Origin: Bacteroidia bacterium
GTDB lineage: Bacteria > Bacteroidota > Bacteroidia > NS11-12g > UBA955
Length of the DNA stretch: 53,408 bases
NCBI GenBank assembly: GCA_965655465.1
Contig: CBFHGY010000004.1
Span: 996 to 54,403 of the forward strand
Reading direction: 5' to 3'
Below the pieces are notes generated by a model, which was not told where the DNA came from, ran no database searches, and saw nothing but the letters and a program-made list of their open reading frames with translations. Below, in pieces: positions 17,783 through 29,300 of the stretch. Both the position numbers and the translations under genes were made by a program. Position 1 is the stretch's first letter, and each line of letters starts with the position of its first letter.

Positions 17783-19381
17783 TTAACTCTCTGGCGTATT
17801 TCTTTCACCTCCCTGATTCGGGGGAGTGCCGTTGCCATCGCGTTGATTATTATTTCGATTGCGATTCCTATTATTATTGGGTCTGCGACGTTCTGGGTTA
17901 TTCGGACCCCTCTCGGTTGAATTGGATGCGTTTGGATTGGCCTCATTCCCAGTTTGCGCAGATTTATCGCCAATAGGCTTGAAACCATCTAATTTGGGTC
18001 CACCTTCCCGGTTATTAGGTCTAGGACGATTATTGTTTCGATCCCTATTGTTGTTTCGATTTCTATTTTCAGCCCCTTTGTTTTCAGGTCCCCGGGTTTC
18101 GGAATTCCTGTTTTCAATATTTTTAGGTCTATCGGTTTGGGTTCTCGGCTCTCGAGTCGCATTTTCATTACGAGGTCCCCTCTGATCTCGTCTATCGCGG
18201 TTATTATTGTTTCTGCGTTTATTTCGATCTTTATTGCTTCTGTTATTATTGCCGCGATTTCGATCTAAATCCTTAAACTCATTATCTTTTAATAGTTCAG
18301 AGTTATCGATAAAGTCGCTTTGCTCGTCTTCAATTACTTTTTCAAGCACAGCAACTGCAGCAGCCATATCGGTTAATGGAGGGGCTTGTTCGCCATTTTT
18401 ATTTTTCTCCATTAACTCATTAACGGTATCAACATGAAGGGGAATCCAATCTTGATTGTCTTCGTATGCGAACCACATTAATCTTTTTAAGATATCCGTT
18501 TTACGAGCATAGGCAACTCCAGTGGTGGTATCTATTTTGACGATTTTTGCCTTCGGGAAGGTTTCAATTGCTTCAAGATACGTATCAAGTTCATAGTTCA
18601 AACAACATTTCAGACGGCCACACTGTCCGGCCAATTTTTCCATATTAATAGAAAGGTTTTGGGTACGCGCAGCACCCGTAGAAACTTGTTTGTAATCGGT
18701 AAGCCAAGAAGAGCAACACAATTCACGGCCGCAAACCCCGATACCACCTAATCGGGAAGCTTCTTCACGATAACTGATATGCCTCATTTCAATTTTTACT
18801 CTGGAATTCTCCGCATATTTTTTAATCAATTCACGGAAGTCTACACGGGTTTCTGCGGTATAGAAGAAAATTACTTTTCTTCCATCTCCTTGAAGCTCAA
18901 TATCTGAAATTTTCATGCTCAAATTCAAGCCAAACGCAATGGTTCTGGCTTTTTCAAGCATTTCGTCTTCTTTGGCTTTGGCCTCATTGTGCCGTTCCAT
19001 ATCGCGATCTGTCGCGATACGTTGAATGCTGCGCATTTCCGGGTCGTCTTCTCGAACGCGGTATTTTTTAAGTTGAAGTCGCACGATTTCGCCTGTTGCG
19101 CTAACGGTTCCAACGTCAAATCCGACGGAACTTTCCACAACCACATAATCGCCGGTAAATAAATCTATTTGCTGACTGTTTCGGAAGAATTCTTTTCTAC
19201 TTCCTTTAAAACGCACTTCTACAATATCAAACGGTTTTTGCCCATCTGGCAAATCCATATCTTTAAACCAATCGTAAACATTTAGTGCGTTACAGCCATC
19301 CGTGCCACAGGTACCATTGCTTTTGCACCCTGCGGGCGAGCAACTGCCTCCTGATTTGGTTCCACATGATGAACAACCCAT
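17783..19381 (-). CDS. ricT: PSP1-domain / RicT (YaaT) family protein with a Cys-rich N-terminus and a long N/R-rich disordered tail
   Basis: MGCSSCGT...CKSNGTC, VEVRFKGSRKEFF, RVDFRELIK, GGIGVCGRELCC, KLAGQCGRLKCCLNYE. Confidence 0.85.
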   Translation of the reverse strand: MGCSSCGTKSGGSCSPAGCKSNGTCGTDGCNALNVYDWFKDMDLPDGQKPFDIVEVRFKGSRKEFFRNSQQIDLFTGDYVVVESSVGFDVGTVSATGEIVRLQLKKYRVREDDPEMRSIQRIATDRDMERHNEAKAKEDEMLEKARTIAFGLNLSMKISDIELQGDGRKVIFFYTAETRVDFRELIKKYAENSRVKIEMRHISYREEASRLGGIGVCGRELCCSSWLTDYKQVSTGAARTQNLSINMEKLAGQCGRLKCCLNYELDTYLEAIETFPKAKIVKIDTTTGVAYARKTDILKRLMWFAYEDNQDWIPLHVDTVNELMEKNKNGEQAPPLTDMAAAVAVLEKVIEDEQSDFIDNSELLKDNEFKDLDRNRGNNNRSNKDRNKRRNNNNRDRRDQRGPRNENATREPRTQTDRPKNIENRNSETRGPENKGAENRNRNNNRDRNNNRPRPNNREGGPKLDGFKPIGDKSAQTGNEANPNASNSTERGPNNPERRRPNNNRNRNRNNNQRDGNGTPPNQGGERNTPES

Positions 19382-19440
19382 AATTTTTCTTTATTATTTT
19401 GGTAACTCAACAAAATTACGGGAATGCAAGGAGCTTTTGA

Positions 19441-19902
19441 CTACCCTATTTGCTTTTCCTTAAACACCCAAAGCTTTTGTCCGATAAAGTTTACGACCAT
19501 TCCCACAATTGTTGCAAAGATTACTGCAAATAGTTTATCAACTTTAACCGCAAAAATGGACGTTTTCAAGGCTTCTTGGGGGTAATCGAGGTTTAAAACC
19601 AGTTCTGCATTGGGTAAAATATGCAAGAAAAACTCATTGGATAACACATTCATGGTTCCACTTAAAACATATAATGCAATGTATTTTGCCAAACGTTGGT
19701 TGTCTCGGTCTTTTTGCCCCCAAGTCCAGGCTTTGTTCAGTTGATAATTCAGAACCGTAGCTAGAACAATAGCGGTACTTTTGGCTATATAAGTGGGAAT
19801 AAATTGCGACAATGCATAATAAATGCTTAAATCCAAGAAGAAGGATAGGCCACCAACGATTCCAAATTTGGTTAAAGCGATATAGGTCTTACTAGAAATC
19901 AA
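19441..19902 (-). CDS. GtrA-family membrane protein
   Basis: KFGIVGG...NYQLNKAWTW...VNFIGQKLWVF. Confidence 0.85.
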   Translation of the reverse strand: MISSKTYIALTKFGIVGGLSFFLDLSIYYALSQFIPTYIAKSTAIVLATVLNYQLNKAWTWGQKDRDNQRLAKYIALYVLSGTMNVLSNEFFLHILPNAELVLNLDYPQEALKTSIFAVKVDKLFAVIFATIVGMVVNFIGQKLWVFKEKQIG

Positions 19903-19908
19903 AATAGA

Positions 19909-20832
19909 TTAGGATTGAGTCAGGTAACTGCCGTCAAAGGTAATATCTAAACCCATTTTGATTGCTATATTTTCTGCTTGGTGCCCAAATGGAAGACCCC
20001 AAATCATGGGTTTTTTGTAAAAATTACAAATATCGGATATGATTTCTTTTGCATTTTTTCCAAAAGGGATGTCATGGTCTTTCATATCGGTCATAGTGCC
20101 TACTAAAATAGCTTTCGCATTTTCTAAAGAACCTGAAAGGTGCAGTGCTTGCATCATGCGGTCTATATGGTATAGGTATTCATCCAGATCTTCCAAAAAC
20201 AATACAAATGGCTGTTTGGGGAATTTATAACCGCTTGCTAACATGGAAAAAACCATACTTAAATTGCCTCCCCAAAGGGGTAAGTCAGCCCATTTGGTTT
20301 CTTTAATTGGTAGCGTTGCGGCAACTAATTTAGCCTCAGGTATAAGTTCAAGATCTAGCTTTAATGACTGCCCCATCAACCGTTGAGCCAAATGGATTTT
20401 GCTGTTATGAGAACAGGCACTCACGTTTGAAAATTGCATAGCCATAGGACCGTGCATACTGGCAATTCCTTGACTTTGAAGGTGCAGGTGTAAGGCGGTT
20501 ATATCTGAAAAACCGACCCACCATTTAGGTTTGGAAGTAAAATCGACCCCTTTCAATTGCGGTAAAAGCTGCATGGTTCCATAGCCCCCACGGGCCATAA
20601 AAACGGCTTTAACCTGCGGGTGGTTCAAGGCCCAAAGGATGTCGTTTATTCGTTCTGTTGGGCTTCCCCCAAATTGATTTTGACGTTGGTGAATATTGGG
20701 ACTCAAAATTAAGTTCCACCCTTGTGCATTTACCCAATCTTGAAAAGAGGCCAACTGGTCAAAATCCATAAAGCGGGCGGGCGCAATTAGGGCAACAGCA
20801 TCACCCTCTTTCAAATAGGGCGGAATGATCAC
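19909..20832 (-). CDS. LD-carboxypeptidase (peptidase S66)
   Basis: ARGGYG, GFSDITAL, GGNLS, FLEDLDEYLY, PFGH. Confidence 0.92.
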   Translation of the reverse strand: MIIPPYLKEGDAVALIAPARFMDFDQLASFQDWVNAQGWNLILSPNIHQRQNQFGGSPTERINDILWALNHPQVKAVFMARGGYGTMQLLPQLKGVDFTSKPKWWVGFSDITALHLHLQSQGIASMHGPMAMQFSNVSACSHNSKIHLAQRLMGQSLKLDLELIPEAKLVAATLPIKETKWADLPLWGGNLSMVFSMLASGYKFPKQPFVLFLEDLDEYLYHIDRMMQALHLSGSLENAKAILVGTMTDMKDHDIPFGKNAKEIISDICNFYKKPMIWGLPFGHQAENIAIKMGLDITFDGSYLTQS

Positions 20833-21443
20833 GGTTTTGAAACGGGAATAAGCAAGGTGCTATTGGTTACTACGGAGGTCATTTCCCCGGTGCGGGTATC
20901 AGACGGGTACTCAATAAAAGGCGGTTCTAATTTATATCCTTGAGACTTTAGATTTTCAGATACTTTCGTCCATAGAGGCGCACTTTCGCCTAGGGCAGCC
21001 ATGGTTTTTGCCTTATGAAAACGGCCGGATTTTAGGTTAATAAAGCCAAATTGATTGTTTTTGATGGGCTTGTTGATAGGGATTCCCACTATAATGTTTT
21101 GTTCTTTACCGGATTCTGGAATTTGCTCGTAAATAGCCATGATGGGACCGGTCATTATGCGCGCACTGTCGGCGATAAGGGTATTGAGTTCGGCTGCTGT
21201 TCCAATAATCAATGTTTTAAGTGTTTCCGGCTTAACGGAATTGTACAATTTACAAATTACATGCATGTCTGGGCGCTTCGTGGGTGTTATCACAAAATCG
21301 CTTTCGGAGGAAACAAACCCTTCAATCGATTGCACTTTGGTATTGGCCGTGTCGGATGTTTCTGCTTGAGAGCCGTTATTCTGACAAGCGGAAAACCACA
21401 AAGAACCTATCACAGTGGTAAGGTATAAAAAAGACTTGCGCAT
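20829..21443 (-). CDS. Lipoprotein with a GyrI-like small-molecule-binding domain
   Basis: Lipobox FSAC; GPIMAIYE, VGIPI, PPFIEYPSD, TLLIPV. Confidence 0.6.
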   Translation of the reverse strand: MRKSFLYLTTVIGSLWFSACQNNGSQAETSDTANTKVQSIEGFVSSESDFVITPTKRPDMHVICKLYNSVKPETLKTLIIGTAAELNTLIADSARIMTGPIMAIYEQIPESGKEQNIIVGIPINKPIKNNQFGFINLKSGRFHKAKTMAALGESAPLWTKVSENLKSQGYKLEPPFIEYPSDTRTGEMTSVVTNSTLLIPVSKP

Positions 21444-21494
21444 ATTTTTCCGCTAAGTTAATTCCTTGGGAGATTAAATCCGTATTTTTGTATC

Positions 21495-21746
21495 GTGAAA
21501 TTCTTAGCTGAAATTGAAATTTTGCCTAAAAAAGGGCTTTTAGATCCTCAGGGAAAAGCGGTTACTCAAAGCATGCCTCGTATTGGTATTGAAAACATTT
21601 CTGAGGTACGTGTAGGTAGATTTATCACCTTAGATATCGAGGCAAACGACGCTGCTGAAGCTGAGGCCACAGCACATACCGCTGCTAAAAAGCTCTTAGC
21701 AAATTTGATTATGGAAGACTATTCTGTTCGCATTTCCGCTGCATGA
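21495..21746 (+). CDS. purS: Phosphoribosylformylglycinamidine synthase subunit PurS
   Basis: LLDPQGKAV, VRVGR, KLLANLIMEDY; GTG start. Confidence 0.95.
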   Translation: MKFLAEIEILPKKGLLDPQGKAVTQSMPRIGIENISEVRVGRFITLDIEANDAAEAEATAHTAAKKLLANLIMEDYSVRISAA

Positions 21747-22051
21747 TAATCTATAACGTAACCTGCAATATGCAAACCAAACTTGCCGAAGAATGGTTGC
21801 AATGGATGAAGTTAGAGCACTTGCCAGAGGTAATGCAAACAGGATGTTTTATTGAGTATAAGATATTAAAGTTGCTTAATAATGATTCCGATGACGACGG
21901 CGTTAATTATGCCATCCAATATACCTGCGAAAACGCAGAAACCTTAGAAAGATACCGCAGAGATTTTGGTCCCGCCTTGATGGAAAAAACCTTCAAAAAG
22001 TACGGAAATACGGTCTTGGCGTATCGCTCTGTATTGGAGATCGTAGAATAA
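21743..22051 (+). CDS. DUF4286 family protein
   Basis: MIIYNVT...WLQWMK.EHLPEVMQTGCF...YAIQY...YGNTVLAYRSVLE. Confidence 0.85.
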   Translation: MIIYNVTCNMQTKLAEEWLQWMKLEHLPEVMQTGCFIEYKILKLLNNDSDDDGVNYAIQYTCENAETLERYRRDFGPALMEKTFKKYGNTVLAYRSVLEIVE

Positions 22052-22052
22052 T

Positions 22053-23072
22053 ATGCACGCGCGAGACCTTTATATTGAGGAAATAATAGCGCAACTAGAT
22101 TCTTATACTTTTGTGGATGCTCGTAGCGAAAAAGAATTCGCTAAAGGGCATATTCCAGGTGCCATAAATGTTCCACTCCTAGATAATGAGGCACGCATAG
22201 AAATTGGCACTTTGTATAAAAAACAAGGTCGAAGCGCTGCTGTGCGTAAAGGTTTGGAATTGGTAGGACCTATCATGCCAGAACTTTTCGATCGTTACCA
22301 AGAACTTTTTCTCTTGGGGAAGCCCCTGGTTTTTTATTGTTGGCGTGGTGGTTTGCGCAGTTTAATTTCTGCTACCCTTTTCCAATGGTCAGGACACCCG
22401 GTTCAACGGATACATGGAGGGTATAAAAGTTACCGCAATTGGGTTTTATCGCGATTAGAACTTCCCTATAACATTCAAATACTTGGAGGTGCTACCGGTT
22501 CTGGTAAAACAGAGATATTATATCTTTTGGCACAAAACGGCCAACAAATACTAGATTTAGAAGGAATTGCCCATCATAAAGGGAGTGCTTTTGGCGCTTT
22601 AGGACAAGAACCCCAACCCAGCACCGAAGCTTTCGAAAATGAAATTGCCTTAAAGCTTAATACTTTAGATATTGAACAACCCATTTGGATTGAAAATGAA
22701 AGTCGCTTGATTGGAAATTGTTTTCTCCCCGAAACATTTTGGCAAAACATGCAAAAAGCCCCAATTTTAGAGATATCGGTTCCGCTTGCTATCCGCGTGG
22801 AGCGCTTGCTTAAGGAATACGGTCATTTTAATGTTGATCTTTTAGCTGAAAAAACTGAGATTCTCAGAAAAAAGCTGGGTGGACAGCACGCCACTTTTGC
22901 CATAGAAATGTTAAAAGAAGGGAATATGAAAGCGTGGATGGAAACCGTTTTGGTGTATTACGATAAAACATATGGGTACGGATCTGAGAAAAACGCCTAT
23001 CGTATTTCCCGTATTGACTTTGATTGGTCACAAATTAAAACTTCTATTGATACCTTAATTAAACATATATGA
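22053..23072 (+). CDS. mnmH: tRNA 2-selenouridine(34) synthase (SelU/YbbB)
   Basis: Rhodanese DARSEKEFAKGHIPGA and YCWRGGLRS, P-loop GATGSGKT, DLEGIAHHKGSAFG, ENESRLIG, YYDKTY. Confidence 0.93.
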   Translation: MHARDLYIEEIIAQLDSYTFVDARSEKEFAKGHIPGAINVPLLDNEARIEIGTLYKKQGRSAAVRKGLELVGPIMPELFDRYQELFLLGKPLVFYCWRGGLRSLISATLFQWSGHPVQRIHGGYKSYRNWVLSRLELPYNIQILGGATGSGKTEILYLLAQNGQQILDLEGIAHHKGSAFGALGQEPQPSTEAFENEIALKLNTLDIEQPIWIENESRLIGNCFLPETFWQNMQKAPILEISVPLAIRVERLLKEYGHFNVDLLAEKTEILRKKLGGQHATFAIEMLKEGNMKAWMETVLVYYDKTYGYGSEKNAYRISRIDFDWSQIKTSIDTLIKHI

Positions 23073-23758
23073 ATTTAGAACATAAAATTGCCGTAGTAAC
23101 CGGCGCAAACAAAGGAATCGGGTACCATTGCGTACAACAATTATTAGCCGAAGGCGCTATTGTTTATGGGTTATGTCGCAGCGGTTGCAGTACTACTCAC
23201 GAAAATTACACGTGCTTGCAAGCGGATGTGCAAGATTTTAGCCAATTAGAAACTGCCTTCACCACTATTTTGAGCAAACACGGTCAGGTAGATATTTTAA
23301 TCAATAATGCAGGTTTGGGATATTTTGGATTGTGCGAAGAATTGCCATTAGAACAATGGCACCAGATGTTTAACACCAATGTTACCGGCTTATTTTACGC
23401 AACGCGTTTGGCGCTTCCCTCAATGAAAAAAAGTGGAGAGGCTCACATCATCAATATTGCTTCGATTGCAGGCTTAGAGGGATACCAACAAGTATCGGGA
23501 TATTGTGCAACAAAGTTTGCGGTTCGCGGATTTAGCGATGCGTTATACAAGGAAGTTAGAGATTTTGGGGTTAAAGTTACTTGTGTTTATCCAGGTTCTG
23601 TTAAAACCGATTTTTTCCGTCATTCAGAAAACATTAATGCTCATGACAACATGCTCATGCCCGAGGATGTTGCAGCACAAATACTTTATTGTTTAAAATC
23701 CCCAAAGAACTTTCACAACGTGAATTTAGAAATTAGACCTCTAAAACCAAGAGGTTAA
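23069..23758 (+). CDS. Short-chain dehydrogenase/reductase
   Basis: TGANKGIG, NNAG, YCATKF. Confidence 0.92.
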   Translation: MNLEHKIAVVTGANKGIGYHCVQQLLAEGAIVYGLCRSGCSTTHENYTCLQADVQDFSQLETAFTTILSKHGQVDILINNAGLGYFGLCEELPLEQWHQMFNTNVTGLFYATRLALPSMKKSGEAHIINIASIAGLEGYQQVSGYCATKFAVRGFSDALYKEVRDFGVKVTCVYPGSVKTDFFRHSENINAHDNMLMPEDVAAQILYCLKSPKNFHNVNLEIRPLKPRG

Positions 23759-23805
23759 ATAAAATACTCGTATTTTTGTATCACCATTAACTAATACCCT
23801 ATTAA

Positions 23806-24792
<987 letters not shown>

Positions 24793-24815
24793 GTTATAAT
24801 AGAATGAGTCCAAGT

Positions 24816-24843
24816 AAAAGGGAGGCGTGATGCCTCCCTTTTT
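24816..24843 (+). terminator. Intrinsic terminator after gap
   Basis: AAAAGGGAGGC-GTGAT-GCCTCCCTTTTT. Confidence 0.85.
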
Positions 24844-24946
24844 ATTTTGACCCTTTTTTAAATTGTTAATCCACACCGCATGGTTTCAATTGATACGCTT
24901 TTAAGATTGGTTTTTGCAATGCCGGTACCCATTGGGGATATAAGCG

Positions 24947-26329
24947 TTATAATACCACTTTTAAAGTGCCGTTCACGAAAACACGCACCCAAAGTTCATC
25001 CGCTCGCATTTGATAATCGGTAATTTTCAAATCCTTCACATCTCCTTTGAGGGTAATACCGTAATCGTATGTAGCATTTAAAGCTTGTTTCATTTGTGTT
25101 TTCGCTTCGATTAGTTGTGGATTGATATCCATATTCATCGCTTTTTGCATTTCACTCCGAATTTTATCGCTCAACAGCCATTTTGCCGATTTCAATAACA
25201 CATTCTTGGTTTTCAAATCAAATTGTAGATCATCTACACGAATGTGATTGTTTGTGCTATCGTAAACGGGCAGACCCGTTAAAAAAAGCGTTCCTTTTTT
25301 AGAACCTATAAAGTCAACCTCAACTCCCAAACGGTCCTCTACGGCAAACAATCGGAGTCCACTTACGATGATAAATTGTTTTCCTGATTCAAATTTCTGA
25401 CCGTCTAGAAAGCCCATAATTTGCTTTGCTAGGGTGTCGTAACGCATTCGGATGTCGGTGTATATATCAAAGCCTCCAGACTTCTTATAGGGGGTTAAAT
25501 TAGGCAGGTTTTGCACTTTGCGTGTTTGTACTTCAGAAACCACCTCTGGTCGGGCTTTAATTCCCACAGAAGCCTTTAAAAGGTTCTTATTAAAGGTCAA
25601 GGCGCTCATGGATAGTTCTTGAGGGTTTAAGTATAAAAATCCCATTCCATTGAGTGAAATTCCTTCTTGCATCGCCTTATAGGATGGAGCAATAAGGGCC
25701 CGTAGGTCTATTTTTGCTACTTCTGCATCTACCAATTTCATGGCATCTCCCAAATAGGGTTTTGCCCGATTTAAAATCATATTGGTAACATCAATGCCAA
25801 AAGCCACTTTTATAGGGTCAATTGCCTTGAGCTCCGTAATTTTAGATTGGGTTTTAATTTTATAACTCGGCAATATTTCTATGGTACTTTCCATGCCAAC
25901 CCGTGCTTTTTTCATAGGCTCTCCATAACCCATACTTATTCCCACTGTTGGCACACTACAAGAACTTCCTAAACATAGCGCGCAATATTCTCCTTTAACA
26001 GCATAAGACAAGTCTAATGCGAGCCCTATTTTGTTTCCTCCCTTACCCGAAACTTCCAAAGCGCCGCGATCCATTTTATATTGATATCGGAGTCCTTCAC
26101 ATGGAGATTCACCGCCTTGAAAACTCTTATCTATTTGTGATTCCGCCATTTTTAGGTACGGATTCAAATCTATTTCTAAGGGAAGGTCAATGGTTGACAC
26201 AATCTTAGGTATCGCTTTCTGCGCCAATAACATATTGCTTTTATCTGGCGGTTCGGGTTTAATACTGCCACAAGCATTGAAAAGCAAAGAGAGGACACCT
26301 GCTGCGGATATGAATAAAGGGGTTTTCAT
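24947..26329 (-). CDS. DUF4403-family lipoprotein
   Basis: Start MKTPLF overlaps the upstream stop (TAATG). Lipobox FNAC; GSKKGTLFLTGLPVYD, LQFDLKTKNVLLKSAKWL. Confidence 0.75.
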   Translation of the reverse strand: MKTPLFISAAGVLSLLFNACGSIKPEPPDKSNMLLAQKAIPKIVSTIDLPLEIDLNPYLKMAESQIDKSFQGGESPCEGLRYQYKMDRGALEVSGKGGNKIGLALDLSYAVKGEYCALCLGSSCSVPTVGISMGYGEPMKKARVGMESTIEILPSYKIKTQSKITELKAIDPIKVAFGIDVTNMILNRAKPYLGDAMKLVDAEVAKIDLRALIAPSYKAMQEGISLNGMGFLYLNPQELSMSALTFNKNLLKASVGIKARPEVVSEVQTRKVQNLPNLTPYKKSGGFDIYTDIRMRYDTLAKQIMGFLDGQKFESGKQFIIVSGLRLFAVEDRLGVEVDFIGSKKGTLFLTGLPVYDSTNNHIRVDDLQFDLKTKNVLLKSAKWLLSDKIRSEMQKAMNMDINPQLIEAKTQMKQALNATYDYGITLKGDVKDLKITDYQMRADELWVRVFVNGTLKVVL

Positions 26330-29300
26330 TATTTTACAATAATACGAATTGGGGTAATTCCTTCTGAATTTTCTATTCTTAGGATATAGGTTCCTTGAGC
26401 TAAGCTGGAACTCCATTTGACAAAAAAGCCTTCGTTTTTAACTTCTAAGTCAGTCGCATGTACTTTTCCGAGCATATCTAACATCGTTACTTTTTCAATT
26501 TTGGGCAATCCTAAGATCCTTAAATACCCTAGTTCACTGGGGTTTGGAAAGACCTCGATGCTCCTGATAAGTTCAGATTTTCGGTTCATTTCTACCTTAA
26601 TTGGAAATCTAAAGGTATCGTTAAACGCATTTTCATCGAAGTTGTTTTCCGCAAAGCAGGTTAATTGATATACCCCCTCTTCTTCAAAGTAAAGCACTTG
26701 GGTTGCTTGAACAGATTGGGTGTCATTCGGTTTTAAGCGGGGGTAAGGCATACTTTCGGTATACCACGACTGTCCGTTTTTATCTACTTGTAATACAAGC
26801 ACCCCAGGAGAAACGGCAGAATCTCTTCCCGAATTGGTAATTTTTATATGGGGGTATAATTTAACACCTGTTTGATATACAGCGGCTATAGAGGGCGAAT
26901 CGATTTGCAATATATTCAGGTCTCTCTTCGACCGGACGGTGTAGTATCTTGTGATTGTATCATTAGACCTGTCTTCATCATCGGGATGTTCCAACCATAC
27001 TCGGAATTGTCCAGACCCTGCATTATTAAATTGAAGATTCACCGGGAACTCAAATACTCTTTCTGCATTTGAATTCATATTGAAGGTATCCGAGGATTGA
27101 TACAGCAAGGCTTTTTCAAAGGTCCAAGAACTCTTTAATATCATCCCAGCCATTGAATCTAGACCTTGGTTTCTAAATCGAACCCAAGAACTTTCAACAC
27201 GATCTTTGATATAAAAAACCTGATCCTCTTCGGGTTTTGACAATGAATCCAAAAGTACATCTTTGGCAATTTGCACCTGAATGGTTTTTCTCAGTGTGTC
27301 ATTAATTGCATTGGCATCCTGTGGGTGTTTTACAATTACCATAACCTCATACGTGCCCGTAAAAAGTCTCTTGAATGGTTTTGTAAAACTCAAGACTCGT
27401 TTTTGATCGGGCATTACATTCGATTGAATGGTTTCCTCAAACCAAATAGTCTGATTTCGTGTAATCGTTGCCGTTATCTCAGCCTGGAGCGAAGAGCTGT
27501 CATACCCGGAATTCCCTACTCCTACACTCCACAGTTGTCCATCGGGATCGGTTGATATGGTACTGGGAAGATGAATTGTATCAAGGAAATAATCGCAAGA
27601 ACGACCCACATAAAACGGAGCGTTTAAGACATTATTCTCCGGATAGAGGTCTATGCTATCGGCCAAAAAGAATCTTGACAGATAGGAGCCTTTTTGGGTG
27701 GGTTTGAATTTCTTATTAAAGGTAAACGTTTGTCCGGAACGCCCATTTACATCCTTTCTCAAACTATCCTGATACAGCAAGACACCCAACTTATCGTATA
27801 CTTCAAAGATCATTTTTACTTGATCGGCACGAAGCACTCCTTCATTAAATAAACGGCCTTTGATGTCTATATTTTGGTTTGGTTCATAAATGATATTGCT
27901 ATCAGGAGTAATTATGGCCTCACAAGCCACGTCGATGGTTTTATAAATAAATGCGTTAAATATTTCAGTATCATTAGGCGTGTATTCATCATCTTTAAGT
28001 GCCGTGTATACGAGCCATTTCAAACGGCCTGTATCGTTACAAGGAAAGGTGGACCATACTAAAATTTGTGAACCTTGTGGACCTAAGTTCAGGTTCTGCT
28101 TTTCGCTCGAAATTTTAAGGTTATTCAACCAAATTTCCGAAACCACATCAAAGTTTCCGGTATTGGCGAAAGCAATATTCATAATAGTGGTAATAGGTTG
28201 TAAGGTATCCTTACGAGCAATGAAGGTAGAACTGCCGGAAGGATAGGCAGATCTTATAGTTACATCTCTTGCAGATCCAACAATGAATGTTCTTACAAAG
28301 GTATCATTGTCTATAACCTGGTCACGGTAATGGGACACTATCAGGGTTAATGTATGTTTGCCATATTCCCAAGGCGCAAAGGTTTTAGGAAAGTTGTATT
28401 TTCTGTTAGATCCCGTACTTAAGGTATCGAAAATTGATTCATCATAATGCAATACGTTAGGACCTTTAATCAGACATCTGACCCTGAAACTATCATCAAA
28501 GTCGTTTACCCCCATATTGCCAATCAAAGCACTAGGTGCAAATGTATCTTTTGCATGTACATTAAACGTGTCTTTAGGCAAGCTAACATCTAAGGCAATG
28601 AGATCATAATCCGCTTGTAAACGAGGTTCAATAATAAATTTATATGGTGCTCCGGGGTGAAAATCTACCCAATTGGTATCGCCTAAAGGAACTGCATAAA
28701 AGAAAGTTTTAGGTCGCACGGGCTGTTCCATTTGATAACCGAAAGCCACATTGTTCAAATCTAATTGCCTCACTCCCACATAAAAGGAGCCGTTTACGCG
28801 CACTTGTTTGGGCAAATCATATATATAGGTTCCTCCTTTAGTAATCAGAGAATCGCTATCCCATATAAGTTTTCCAGGCATTGCACGTGCAGAATCGTGT
28901 TCCCAAATACCCAATTTGAACAATCTACCCCCTCCGCTGAATGCGACGCTTATTTGGTTTAGATTCTTAGGTTTATTGCTATTAAAACGCGCTACAAAAT
29001 CTCCCTGAGAACCGTTAAATCCGATACCCCCACCTGCAGGAGACTGGGTAATATCTCTGTAACTGTATATATTCTCATTTGCCCATCTTACTGAAAATTT
29101 AAGGTTATTACTGGTGTTATTATCGGAACTCTCTACAAATACGGTATCGGTTCCTTTATTGCTAGGACTTAAAGACGGGACGTTAACAATTTGTTCTTGA
29201 CCTTCTTTCAAATTCACATAAAAACTATCCTTCTGTTTATTTACACCCTTGGTAAAGGTATAACATTTATACGACAGTAAATCCTGCCTACCTACATTAC

